DNA of 63,744 nucleotides, the filler included, from Octopus bimaculoides (taxonomy: Eukaryota): assembly GCF_001194135.2 (NCBI RefSeq). It is 3 parts of 3 records of this genome, joined end to end, with 100 filler letters (N's around TTAATTAATTAA, not from the genome) between each part and the next. Parts side by side here need not be neighbours in the genome. Positions count along the whole stretch, not along the records: positions 26,248 to 53,890 come from NC_068984.1; positions 53,991 to 63,744 come from NC_068982.1; 1 more part is not named here. One strand, 5' to 3'. The notes beneath the pieces were generated by a model that was given only the letters and a program-made list of their open reading frames with translations, made no database searches and had not been told where the DNA came from. The translations under genes and the position numbers were made by a program. Shown here in pieces: positions 41,270 to 54,833 of the stretch. The first letter of the stretch is position 1, and the number at the start of each line of letters is the position of its first letter.

Positions 41270-41545
41270 CAGAGAACTTCTGAATTTCAATCACAGATGA
41301 CTAACTATCTTATCTTCACAGTTTATAAATTTCTACCACAGACAACTGGACATCCCAATTTCATGGTTCCTGGTTTCTACCACAGAGGACTGGATATCTT
41401 AACTTCATGGTTCTTGGTTTCTACCACAGTTGACTGGATATCATAATTCCACAGTTCCTGAATTTCTCTCACAGATGACAGGATATCTTAACTTCATGGT
41501 TCCTGATTTCTACCACAGATGACTGGATATCTCAACTTCACAACG
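41270..41545 (+). repeat. 44-45-bp degenerate tandem repeat, ~6 copies, in the Epac 3' UTR
   Basis: cacag anchors at 41292, 41337, 41381, 41425, 41470, 41514. Confidence 0.9.
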
Positions 41546-41579
41546 ACACGCTCACTGATATCTGGTGACACTGGAAAGA

Positions 41580-41585
41580 AATAAA
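41580..41585 (+). promoter_or_regulatory. Candidate proximal polyadenylation signal (AATAAA)
   Basis: First AATAAA noticed ~340 nt after the Epac stop; weak evidence in AT-rich DNA. Confidence 0.25.
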
Positions 41586-44500
41586 CCAGTAACAGAAAAT
41601 TTTCTGCATTTTCTCTACAAACATCTTTCTAGATATTAATATGGTTTTAGGAATCAGAGAGAGAAAGAAAGAATGCAAAGAAACCAATTTGAATTCCAGA
41701 GAAATCAAAGTGAATCTCCTATATGCAACAGTTTTCAGTGGAGGTGCTTTCTTCTGTGAAAGATTAAGATTGAAAGCTTGAATCAAAAAATGCCATTTTC
41801 TTGATATCGGCAAATATTTAATTGACTTTACCACTTCATTCCACAGAAATAACAGTTCATATCATGAAACAACAGTGATACGTATGTGAAAATAGAATGT
41901 AACTATATTTTTTATCTGTGAGACAAAAATGCTACACTGTGTTAGGCACTAAAAGTCTGACAACTCTATAGTGAGCCCAGTGACATAAAGCTGGTCATCA
42001 TATGGCTATTTTTTGACCAATCAATGTCTCTTGTAAGCCATTCACTTCATGAATCTTTTAAAGTTTACAACCAAATATGTCAGGGTCGACGAATCTATGG
42101 GAATATGTTCATTCTAGTATTTTTTTATAATTACTCAATTCATGCAAGGCCATATAATTGTTTTTGTTAATTAGATTCCTGTAAATTAGTTTTGGCATTG
42201 GTTATAGAGTTCTCTCTCATATTATCAGTGTTTATTGAAATGTTTTGCACTACATTAACTAACACTACAGACACACCACTGACACCACAGATATACACTA
42301 CTACATTAACCACTGTTTCACATGACCGATAGGCCACTGATTCAAACCTTACATTAACCAACACTATACAAACACACCATTGTTTCACACAGCTCTATAT
42401 ACTATTACACAACAGAATGTGCAATGTGACTTCAGGGAAAGATGACTCCTGTCATATTTCATCCTTAAACGGGGACCACATATTTTATGTAGTAAAATTA
42501 CTACAATATATGATGGTCAGCTATTGCTAGAAACTGGCCAAATGCTTGAAGTTGAATTCAATATTATAAACCCCTTATAAACTACAGATGTTGCTCCAAA
42601 GTCTATAATTAGGGACATCCTTGTCAACAGTATGACCAATATTGCTATTCACCACCATTGCCAACAACAACAATTGTTGTTGTAAGTCTGTCGTAGTCAG
42701 TTGTTTGTTAGCCTTTTTTAACACCTTCCCCCAATGTCTTGTATATGCTGTTATATCTATATTGGCCTCTCTATAAATCATATGAAATCCTTATTTTCTT
42801 CCCTAAAATAGAAAACAAATCAAATTTATAATAATTTTTCCAGTAATTTTTTTTTTTTAGTAAACTTCAAGTATGGAACAGTTTCATGGGATCCAAATCA
42901 GATTATGAATGGATTAGTTTCCTCTAACTGATAAATCTGGATTTGTACTCCAAATACAACATGTAAATTGTGATCTATTCCCAGATAAAACCATATAAAT
43001 TCAAATCTATACCCAGATCACAGTGCATAAAGCAAAGTTTACACCCAGACTGAATTATCTTAAAAAGTTCAAACTCTCTTCCACTACATTTCCTTATTTG
43101 CTTACTAATAAGAAAGTTATGTCTTATATATGTGTACAAGACAACCTTTATCATATGATTGTTATTTACCTGTAACCATCGTCATGTCTGTTTTCTTAAT
43201 ATCAGAAGGTTTTGTCCCCTTGTAGTTGGCATGGGTGGGATAGATGGAATGGGTTATTTTCCTTCATTCTTGACCCATCCTCAGGTGTGCATGATTATAA
43301 TTTCAGATCTATCTTAGTAACAACCTACATCAAATATTGAAAGTTTAATTAAGATTAAGTCTATAGTTCAGCTTGGCTTGTTCAATCTCCAGTTCTCATC
43401 AGATGTCGAATTGTTGGTACATCAATTGTACCAGACTGAATTTGAATTACAAACCTTTATTTCTAAACTGATTGTAATAATGTTCTTTATTCACTCAGCT
43501 ACTGGTGCACAAACAGTCCAGTTTGGAATGATGTAGACATCCAGGAATAAGACACCTGATGGTTATTGGAGATCAAAACATAGTGTAAACATAGCACAGT
43601 AAATAAGGGTTGACAATATAGAAAATAATTATAATGTTATAAATACTTATTACCAAGTCTTCCTTTTGACCCCATCCCACACACTTCAACTCACAGCTCA
43701 GGCCTGTTGCCAGACTTTGGTGCCTGGGGGAGCTTCAGAATATTCTGAGTGAGCACTAATTTGTGATAATGCTAAAGTGGAGTTTCAAAATAAGTGTATC
43801 ACTGTAAATCTGAAGATACACCATTGAATAGTGAGGGGGCAGTGCCGTCCAGTGCACCCCCTTAGTGAAGGGCATGACACAGCTACCTTCCAGTCACAAA
43901 TTACTATCACAGATCATTCATTCACATGATACACCAACTGTCTTTAGTTCCAAATACATTCTCAGTTACCCAGTAACCAATCAATCATTCTTTGAAGTTA
44001 AATATTGCATATTCAGTTAACAATTACTCTTGTTATTCCTCTTCAGTTGCTGCTATTTCCCTCTGTTTATTCTTGGTCATTCACATCTCATATAGCCTCT
44101 GCCTTTATTTCTAGAGAGAGATTGTTGTTGTTGATAATGTTGTTAATTCTCTGAAACTCTTCCATTCCTCTTCCAACTTAGCCACTATGCTATCACTTGC
44201 TTCATTTGAAGCACTAATTACATCGCCTTGGTAACAAAACCTGTCTACAATTTGCAGCTGGTATAAATATAAACCATCTTACTTGAGTACTAGGTATCAA
44301 GCAAGGTGGATATAACATTAAACATAGTAGTAAGGGTATGTTTCAGTGAATGGAATTACACTGAAAAATATATTTGAAACTGAAAATTTGACCTTCCAGA
44401 TTCTAAAAATGAATGTAACAAAAAAAAAAAAGACAAAAAAAAGAATTAACCCCAAATCTTCATGGAAACACAAAACCCTTGCCCAGATAAATCATCGATT

Positions 44501-45828
44501 CTAACCAAAGACAATGAAAACAAAAAGAAAAAAAAACCCTTAATTTAAATCCTTTCTTTGAATCTTTGCAATAAGGGTTTTTGTTTGTTTTTATTAAAGG
44601 AAAAATTATATTTCATATTTAAACAGATGAATACATGTGAAGGAAAGATGTGAGAGAGAGAGAGAAAGAGAGAAAGTATAATATGCATGTGAGGTTATCT
44701 GTTGTTGTTTTCATTATGGTATACCAGAGTACCAAATTGTATTGTTGAACTTTCAATGTGTTATGAAACAGATTGGCTTCAATTGTTTTTGTGAAAGTTT
44801 CAATCTTTACCTCACCATTTACAAGTGATGTGTTATGATCAGATCAGTGTGACATTTGCAAATATAAGTAAAACAATTTCATATCAAAGTTATAACTAAG
44901 TTGTTTGTTATTTCTGTTCCAATAACACACACCGTATTCAAGAGTTCTGTCATTATCATCATTTTAGTATCTACTTTTCCATGCTTACATGGATCAGATA
45001 AAATTAATTAAGACAGATTTTGTACTGCTAGATGGATGTTCTTCCTGTTGCCAACCCTCACCTGTTTCAAGCCTTCACCTGTTTCCAAGCAACGTAATAT
45101 TTTCCTTTAGTCCGAACAGATTTTTGTGGAAGATTGCAAACACATGATAATGCTTTTATGCCTGTCTATGACATGAATATGATATTTTACAATTAGTGCA
45201 CAAGGAAACACACATGTATGTATATATAAACAACAGGCTTTTTTTACTTTCTGTTTACCAAATTCCCTCACAAGGTTTTAGTCAATCTAGGGCAATAGTA
45301 GAAGACACTTGCCTAAGGTACTGCATAATGTGACTGAACTTGAAACCACAGCCTATCTTTAGATTGATGATTAGCAGTCATACAGTAGCAACAATACATG
45401 TCAAGACTTTTGTCACAAATTGATAACAGTAATTATTGCACTAAGTAGCAAGTTCTTGGATAATATAAATGCACTATAAGCATATATCTATCATTGCAGT
45501 TGAAGTATTAGCTGACATGGTGTTTGTAACTGAATACATCAAACAAATGTAAACACAAATCTATACAATTCCCTTTTGAGTAGGAAAAAGGAAATCAGAC
45601 TGACCAGTTTCATTTCTATTTGGAAAAGCTCTTTAGGCATCATGTAGTTGCTTGTTATTTGTCTTGGAAAATATTTTGTGTGTGTGTGTGTACATATACA
45701 CAGAGTCGCTAATATCAAGAACCCCACTAAACTGGAAAATCTAATCTGCATAGATAATGCTCTACTGGTAGGTATATTAATTTACTGAATAAACAGCATG
45801 TTAATGGATAATATTATGAACTATAGTA

Positions 45829-46332
45829 CTGTGTAACAAATTTTTTATTTACTTATTTATTGTCTTTTTTTTTTTGTCTTTGGTCAGTGAGTGTTATTTC
45901 CTATTTGCTTCTATCTAGAAATCAAAGGAAATGACTAGTCTTCCCTTCAAACTTTGCTTTTTTGTCCTAGACATCAATGTTTTGAAACTGACCTATTTTT
46001 CATTACATTTCAGACAAATTCATCACTAAGTTGCTGAAGCAGAAATATCATTATAGCAAATATTCTGCTTAATACTACAAATTTGTTTGTCAGTTGCTTG
46101 ACCTTAACCACTTGAGCATGTCACTTAGTGGCTGACTATATGTGCATCTCTGATCAGGAACAGGTGTAGTGGGGGAGTATCATAGCCATGTGTTGAGAGG
46201 GATCTGTTGAGGTTTGAATAAATGTAACAAAAGCAAACTTTGAAGGAAATATTAGCCATTTTTTATACTTTCTAAGGGTAAGCAAATAGGAAATAACAAT
46301 TACTACCTGAAGACAAAAATCGTGTTACACAG
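45829..46332. mobile_element. Intact Tc1/mariner-type MITE
   Basis: TA|ctgtgtaac ... gttacacag ends; ~130-bp imperfect subterminal inverted repeats. Confidence 0.85.
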
Positions 46333-46789
46333 TTTAATGTGTGTCATAGCTGTAGTTGGCTGACACCTCATGTCAGTCATAGTTGGCTGACACCTCATGT
46401 GTAAATTGATTACACCAGACATAAGAAAATAAAATGTCTGTACAATGTATTTATGGAGGTTGATATAAGCATGCATATTTACCCAATGCATTCATTTATA
46501 CACAAAGTGTCAGCTAATACTACATTTACAATAGTATATTACAGTAGATTTATATCAAATGGCAATACGCCTTGCAAATTTATATTTGAAATACATATCA
46601 AAGCATTATGATACATTACCAATAAATATTTTAGTCCATTTAGTTTGATAACACATCACAACGATTTGTGATACATCTCATAGTTGTGTCATACATCAAC
46701 ACTGCATTTCTGACATCTGTCATATATTGACACATTTCTACAACAGAGCAGCACTACATCTCACAGTTGTGATGTGCACCTCAGTCTTC

Positions 46790-47900
46790 CATCTTACACT
46801 AAGAGAAAGATTGTTTTCCTTCATTATCTCAGATAAGGGACTTAATAGACATGTTAGACTACACCATGAAGAATATGGCCAATATACAAGGTGTGATGAA
46901 GGATTGGTATTGTGTGATACAAATGATCTCACCATCTCCAACCCATGTTTTAGAAAGCTGACCAGATGAATACACAGGCCAAATAGACTCCATACTCACT
47001 AGAAAAAAAAAAGAAGAGAAAACTAGTATGAACATTAAAAGATTTCCCTGGTGAACAATGTAATACTTAACATTAGTGACATCATAAGAACTAGACAGTC
47101 TCAGATATGTAAGACAAACTGGAGAAGGGAAATAGAGAAATTAAAAGCTACTTCTACTATATGTAATCTCAAAGATGTACTAAGTAACAATTTTATAGAG
47201 AAGATGTAGGCCAAACAGAGGGTGATATAGCGGCTTATTGGTACAGTCCATGCATACTTAAGAAAAAAAACCAAGTAGGCCTGATAAGTAGCAAAAAACA
47301 TTACTATGTAGCTACTAAAAGAGAAGGCTAAAATCAGACGTATCTATCGGGGAAATAAACTGATTGCATGAGGTTTGCCAGTGAGAGAATCAGAAATATG
47401 AACTGTTCAAGCAAGCCTGTGATTCCAGCCATGACCATCAGGTCTTTCTAACGAATATGAAGGTCTATATCATCAAATATGTTGTATTCTATGGAGCATG
47501 GTGATTAGGCTTCTATTTCTAGCAGGTTGAACGACTACCATAAAGGTTTCTTCATTAGCTTGAATTCTATAATTGATCAGTGTAGCAACAGCATTATCAA
47601 CTATTACACAACAAGCATATACTTTAGAGTGATGCTATGAGAATGGTTATAATTACAAAGAAAATTAACTTAGATGATATGCAGTTTGAGTTTGTGCTTT
47701 TTAATGAGACAATTCCAAAAGTTTTTAACAAAGAGCAAGTGGCTATACCTGACATTCATTGACCTGGAGAAAGCCTCTGACAGGATATCACTCTATAATC
47801 TGTTGGTCACTAAGGAAACTGAAGAATGCTTGTCATGTGTGGTGGGATCTAGTCAGCAAGTTAAGGAGAGCTAGTAACAAGCTCTGGTGAAATCATTGGT
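46790..47900 (+). mobile_element. Scattered degenerate RTE LINE fragments
   Basis: LCDTNDLTISNPCFRK (endonuclease) and KWLYLTFIDLEKASDRI (RT) motifs. Confidence 0.6.
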
Positions 47901-48249
47901 AGATGTGGTGAGATTACTGGCAGGTTTATCAGCTAAGAAGACCTATAAAATAGATTCTTTCAACTTCTGAGAAGGTTACAAGAAATAATTGAGTTTCTCT
48001 TTCTAAAGTGACCAAATTATCAATAGAGAATTGTTGTGAAAATACAGTAGCAAAGCGGAAAAAGTCCAGATATCTTTTTTTTTTTTTTTTGGTAACCAAA
48101 AAAGATTCTCTTATTTGGGTAAAAGCCAAGTTGAATGACATGTAAAACATGCTTTTTCTGAAGATGTACAGCTAGTCTGCAAAGATCACCAACAGAACCT
48201 GCTCACCAAAACTTTGGATCTACTCCTGAAACAATTATTAGTGTTACTA

Positions 48250-49390
48250 CTGAGCAATCTTTAAGCAACTTTGATCATGCTATAATCATTGCCTATCTGT
48301 CCCTTATGGGCAGTAGCAAAAACCACAGCCATCTCCAAACTGCTTGCTTTGACTGGAATAAAGCAGACTGGAACTCTTACTGCACCAAACTGGCTGCAAT
48401 TTTAGAACTCTGGAGATGTGAACACTATACTTCAGAGCATCTTGAACTCAATATGGATAGCATGTGCAGCATCAGTTCCATGTAAGCACAAAAAGCATCC
48501 AAAAAGTGAAATTTGGGAGACTGCAGCAGTCAGACTTGCCAGGAAAGAATGCTGTAATACTGAATGGGATCACAGACTGCATAAATCAGATATGAATAGG
48601 TAAAAGAGCAATAAATCATTCAACTATCTCAAGCAGGTGACAAAAAAGGGCAGTACTTGAATTTGAGCAGTGCATAGCAACCAACCCTGACAGTAAGGTG
48701 TCCAGAAATATGTACATTCAAAACAGAGACCTCACTCCCCAGTTGGTCCTCTTCACAACCTCTACACAAGCCAGATTACTGACAATCCCAAAGAATGTGG
48801 AGAACTCATTGCTGAATGCTATGCAGGCATTTTTATTATTGAAAACCAAAACATACCATGTCCACCACCTCTGACACCAAATTCCATAACAACTATGGAA
48901 TTTACACCTGCAATGCTGTGATGTCACCTTAAGAATAAGTGCAACTATGCCTCTCCTGGTCTCGATGGTGTTACATACCTACTTCTGAAACGTGGTGGGT
49001 ACTTTTTTCTGCACCAGCTTTCACTGTTCTTTCAGTTCTGCTTTAACAACAGTGCTACTCTGGAGCAATAGAAAACTGCCAGTGTCATTCCTCTGTTCAA
49101 AAAGGGTGACCACACATTGCCTGTCAACTATCATCCATTCAGTCTTACTAGTTGCATTGCAAAACTGATGGAATCCTGTGTCAAGAAACACTCTGGAACT
49201 TCTGGAATTCTCACAGCCTTATCTGGCCATCGCAATTTGGATGTATCCCTAACTCCAGCTGCTGTGATCAATTTATCGAGTTTCTGGAAGACATCACCCG
49301 GGTCACTGATGGTGGCTCATGGGTGGATGTTGTTTACCTTGAATTTGCTAAAGCTTTTAATTCTGTGCCACATAACTGTTCAGAGATGTG
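48250..49390 (+). mobile_element. Degenerate CR1/Jockey-like LINE ORF2
   Basis: PGLDGVTYLLLK, VIPLFKKGD, NYHPFSLTSCIAKLMES, VDVVYLEFAKAFNSVPH motifs with stops and frameshifts. Confidence 0.8.
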
Positions 49391-49518
49391 CAACCAAGTG
49401 AACACCCTCCATTAGGCATCCACCATACTCTGAACGCCTTGCTTCCTTGGCCATAGATACATTATTATTATTATTTAAATATGACTTCAACTAACCAGCT
49501 TTTATTGAGGCCCTACAA

Positions 49519-50394
49519 TACGAGGTGGTATCAAATAGTTCACAGACTAGTTCTGTAGCCTGCCAACAGATGACAGCACATGGTGGAGTGCACAGTGAGA
49601 GCTAGTAGGGACCTTCATGGGGCAGTGTACCAAGTGACATCACTGTGTTTACTTCACAAGTTGTGAAATTTGTGTTTTTTGGATCACATGTATGCTGTAG
49701 TCTGCCATTTCGTCATGGATAGGAACAAAGTGCCAATGTCAAATTTTGCATTAAACTTAAGAAGTCTGCTACAGAGATATTGAGCATGCTTTGGGTAGCT
49801 TACAATGTTGAAGCAATGGATCGTACATAATGTATCAAGTGGCATGGGCACTTCAGAAGTGGAAGAACATCCCTGGAAGACCTGCCACAAGTGTCATCTT
49901 TGGAAATGTGGTATTGTGCACCAAGAATTCATCCCCCAGGGCCAGAATGTCAAACAAGAGTTCTACTGTGACATTTTGTCGAGGGAGGACATTAAGCAAA
50001 AGTGACCAAATCTGTGGAGCATGAAGAATTGGATTCTTCACAATGTCAATGTACCCTGTCTCTGAGCTGTCCTCACTTGTGAGTTTCTTGCCAAAAACAA
50101 CATGGTATCACTTCTGCACTTGCCCTATTTGCCAGATTTTGCATCTGCAGACTTCCATCTCTTCCCTAAGATGAAAATGCAGCTCTAAGGTCACTGTTTT
50201 AGCACTGATATAGAAATCCAGAGTGAATCGCAGAAGGTCCTTGACTCACAGAAAACAACTTCCAGACCAGATTCCAAAAGTGGCAGAAATTCCGGGACCA
50301 GTGAATTGCTGTGCAAGATGACTATTTTGAAGGAGGTGATGTTAAAACTTATGTAAATAAGTTATTTACTAGAACTTTTTGATACCACCACATA
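49519..50394 (+). mobile_element. Internally deleted mariner transposon
   Basis: TIRs TAcgaggtggtatcaaa / tttgataccaccacaTA; remnants EQSANVKFCIKLKKSATE, GIVHQEFIPQGQNV and PYLPDFASADFHLFPK (YSPDLAP-like). Confidence 0.9.
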
Positions 50395-51549
50395 TAGAAA
50401 ATTTTTGGTGGCAAATGTAATAAATATCCTGCACAAATTTCCTTTTCACATAGCAACATGTTTATAAGTATCTCCTCATAAGACTAAATTTTATCCTAAA
50501 TCTTTCCATCCTCTATAGCAGTCTATCTAATTGATTTTAAATGTTGGCACAAAGCCAACAGGGTAGCGGGTAAGTCAATTACAATGATCCCATGTTCAAC
50601 TGGTACCTATTTTATCAACCCCAAAAAGATGAAAGGCAAAGTTGACCTCAGTGGAATTTGAACTCAGAACATGAAGACGGATGAACTGCCACTAAGCATT
50701 TTGCCTGGTGTGCAGATTCTGTCAGCTCCTTATAGCAGTATATCTAATTAAAAAGCAAGATGTCTCTAAATAAAACCCGTTCAATACATGCATCATTCCT
50801 TTGTAAAACCTAAATGAGCTTCCCTTGTTTTCTACCTAATTATCTTTTTGTGAAGAAATAATGTAATGACTTCAACTAACCAGCTTTTATTGAGGCCCTA
50901 CAATACGAGGTGGTATCAAATAGTTCACAGACTAGTTCTGTAGCCTGCCATAATGTAATGAAATCATAATGTAAACCCAGAAGAAATGCCACTTAGGCCT
51001 TTTGTCTGACATGATAATGATTCTGCTAGTTTGTTGCCTTTTATGTGAAAAAAATAATAGTTTCAAATTTTGGCACAAGGCCAGCAATTTCAGGGGTAGT
51101 GGGTAAGTTAATTACATCAACTAGTACTCATTTTATTAACCCCCAAAAGGATGAAAAGCAAAGTCGATCTCAGAATTTGAACTCAGAATGCCAGATAAAA
51201 TAACTCAGAATGCATTTTGCCCAACGTGTTAACAATTCTGCCAGTTCAACGCCTTCTATATGAAGAAATAATAAGAAAAAATAGAAGGCAATGTTTGGGC
51301 TAAATGCTTTGTTCCCATCCTGTAGACTAGCTAATACATGAAGCATTAAACTGGACAGTCAGAGGTACGAGAAGAAGTGCTGAGAACAATGCAGAGTGAA
51401 AGAAAAGATCATGAGTAGACAGAAGCTGAAACAACAGCACAGACGATTCTGTTGCAAATACAGAAGATTCTTTGCATCAAGTAGATGCAGGAGCAAAAAC
51501 AGCTATCTATCGATCCATTCACCTATCTATCTATCTATCTATCTTTATG

Positions 51550-53890
51550 GACGAACGGTAGACGTATCGGCTCCGTAAGTTTTGCCTTGTTTATGCTTTC
51601 AAAAGTTTGTATTTAAATTGAATTTTATATAGAAAGTTGTACAACAACTCATAGATTCTGTGGTGCAACTTCTTTGCAACGGAAATCTGCCCTGTGTGGC
51701 ATATTTCCGCATTTTAAAAATTTATTTGGGCTTTCTTAGACATTTTTGTTTTTGAGAATGGCGTCTTCAAGCCATGAAGGTGATCCTTCAACGAACGCTG
51801 AATTTTGCAGCGTGTCGTTTGACATTGACTTTCCTTACACTCCTTTCCTCACATTTAAACGAAGGAATGAAGAAAAGGGGAAAAGACATCACACACACAG
51901 ATACAAGTGTTAACATGAACGTTAACACCGCCACCACCACCAACAACAACAACAACAACAACAACAACAGCAGCAGCAGCAGTTCAACTCAGCCTTTGCT
52001 CTCTTCACTAGCAGCAACCGAAAGAGAGAAAGAAAAAATGAAAACGAGCCACAACACCACTGACACAGTCACAAATGCCACATCTGCCACCAATACCAGT
52101 GCCAGCACCAGCAACAACAATAACAACAATAACAAAAAAAAAACTTTGCTGAAGCTTTCAAGCAAAAAGAAACTATTGTGTCATACACGACAAGAGAAAT
52201 AATAGATATGAGAAGGTTAATCACTAAAGAAAACAATGAAATACATTTAAACATACCCGAACATACATTGCAAGAAACAAATAAAAAACCCATTATATAC
52301 AAAGTAATAAATACTAAAAGTAGAAGGCCAGTACAGACAAAATTCAGAAATGTCTAAATTTAATATGGTCTGATAAAATATACATCACATGGTGGCATAA
52401 ATATGCCCATGTCCAAGTGATTTTTCGAAATGAAGAGTTAGCAAAGAAATTTTCAACGCTAACTCTTCAAACACAAGAAATAACTATGATACCTAGTTAC
52501 CTTGGTCAAAAGGTAACAAAGGTAACAATAAAACATGCACCTCCAACAATAGACACACTATGGTTGCTATCGGACATATGGGTCGACATGGACAATATTA
52601 ATATCCTCCAAATCACCGTTGGAAAAAACAACTGAACAGGAAAAACTATACAAATCCTGTTCCACACAAACGAAGAAGAAATACAAAAAATTCCACCTTA
52701 CATCCGTGTATCACCAAACCAAAAATTATATGTAGTGGTAGAGGGCAGGCGGCCTCGCTGTTACTTATGTGACAGCGAGGCACACCTCAAAAAGGAGTGT
52801 CCGACTGCCCTAAAAACACGACAACAAGAACTAACAAAACCCATAAAAAAAGCCTTGCTGCCCACACCGCCATCCACACAAAAAACAACAACAAAACCAA
52901 CATCAACAACATCAACGAAAGAAAAAAACCACAAAAACTGCAAAATCAACAAAGAAGAAGAAAAAAAAAGAAAAGACAATACAAAAACTGACCCCCCTTC
53001 CCCCACATCACTTACACCACAACCAAAAATTCAACAACCAGCAACAACAAAAACAACAACACAACCACTTAGACAAGCAAACACAGATCCATACAACATG
53101 CCCCTACCCCTTCCGATTCCTCAGATATTTCGTCTGAAAACGAGGAAAGTAATGAGGAATGGAAAATAGCCCAAAAACGAAGGCGGAAGAGGAGCAAAAG
53201 AAAGAAAAACAAACACCAACAAAGCAGGGAGATTCGCATCTCCCGAAAATACTCCCAACTGCTACACGATCGACACCAATAATAACAGCAAAAACAAAGC
53301 TCACAGCAATAGACACTACAAACACAGAGTTGATGAAATACATCAACCCTAAAACAAACATTACAAATAACGACATCAAAACAAACAATCACCCACACAC
53401 AACACCGCCAAAACAAATAAAAATATATCGTATAACACCAGCATTGCAACACAAAATAAAATCCCTCTACCCCAATGCGGTAGGGGGATGTCAAAAATAT
53501 TTGTGCAAGAAATTGTGCAACAGCCTCCTAGGTGAAAAATCCAAGGAGGAGACAAAACTTTCAAACAGTAAGTAACCCACTGTTCCTTTCTTTTTGTGCT
53601 TTAAAGCACATATTTCAATAGAGTCATGCTCAAAATTGGTTGTGTAAATGCGCGTGGCTTGGAAACAAGGGTACCTCTTAAATGATACCAAGTCACATAA
53701 CTTGGGAATCATAGCCATAAGTAGACCAGACTCCATGAGCCGCGAGCCCTAAAGTTCATGTTTGGTGGACAATTCAACATTTATTTTTCTCCCTGTCTGC
53801 CGAGGATGGGCGGTAATGGTACGGCGGTTCTTTTTCGCAAGAGTCTGGATCTCGAAGCAAAGACGATATTCATAGACCCGGAGGGTAGAC
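51550..53890 (+). mobile_element. Tx1/L1-like LINE, 5' portion (5' UTR, disrupted ORF1, start of ORF2)
   Basis: ORF1 from ATG 51758 to ~53575 with stops and frameshifts and a CCHC knuckle CYLCDSEAHLKKEC; ORF2 from ATG 53626 MLKIGCVNARGL...GTAVLFRKSL...DPEGR (APE endonuclease); ends at a gap. Confidence 0.85.
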
Positions 53891-53990
53891 NNNNNNNNNN
53901 NNNNNNNNNNNNNNNNNNNNNNNNNNNNNNNNNNTTAATTAATTAANNNNNNNNNNNNNNNNNNNNNNNNNNNNNNNNNNNNNNNNNNNN

Positions 53991-54340
53991 TTAATTGCTT
54001 TATCTACCCTGGTCCTATCAACTCGGATAGCTGGTCCCTCTATTGGGTCGACATACGGCAGGCTCTCTTTCTCCCATTCATTCTCTTTATTAAGCAATCT
54101 ATCGTAGTGGCATCTCCAGACCTCTTTCTTTGCATCCTCATTTAGTGCAAGCGTACCATCATCCATGCGAACACATTTCTCTCCTACAACATCACTATTC
54201 TCTCTCCTACACTGTCTTGCAACACGAAATACCTCGAGTCTTTGGTCCTCACGGCGCAGAACATTGGCAAGTCTTTCCTTATCTGCTTCCCCTCTGGCTA
54301 AATAAACCTGTCGCCTAGCCTCCCTTCTGGCACATTGGTA
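53991..54340 (-). mobile_element. RTE LINE ORF2 fragment (open frame)
   Basis: VFRVARQCRRENSDVVGEKCVRMDDGTL...WRCHYDRLLNKENEW...EGP is the RTE linker between EN and RT. Confidence 0.85.
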
Positions 54341-54784
54341 CATGTGACAATTATGTTTTCTATATTTGGGTGTTAGATATCTAAAAACTTGAGTTGTGAG
54401 GAAGAAGTGGATGTACTATTGGCTAGCACAGAACTATTGACCTAGAAGCAAATAGACACCCAATTTCATTTCATGGTTGAGTGATTTAGCATATTAAGTG
54501 AATCAGCCTGCTGTAATAATCTTTAGAAGCAAATCTGTTGAGGAAGTAATGTGGTAGTATGAGATGTTTTTTAATGTTTATTCATAAAATGATGTAAGCA
54601 GAAGTCAACGTTCACCTATTCCTGATCAGCTGAATATGATGAAGATTCAAATATTTCACTGTTGTATATGTATGTAGCCTTTTGCGAGATTAGGTGATTG
54701 TAATTTACTTTTAAATTACTACTGCATAAATAATTTTAGTTAAGTTTCAAACACCAAGTAGAACCTCGCATGTATGTGATCATC

Positions 54785-54833
<49 letters not shown>

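Noticed and set aside
51774-53575. ORFs of 138-144 aa as host genes
   Set aside because: They are pieces of the disrupted LINE ORF1.
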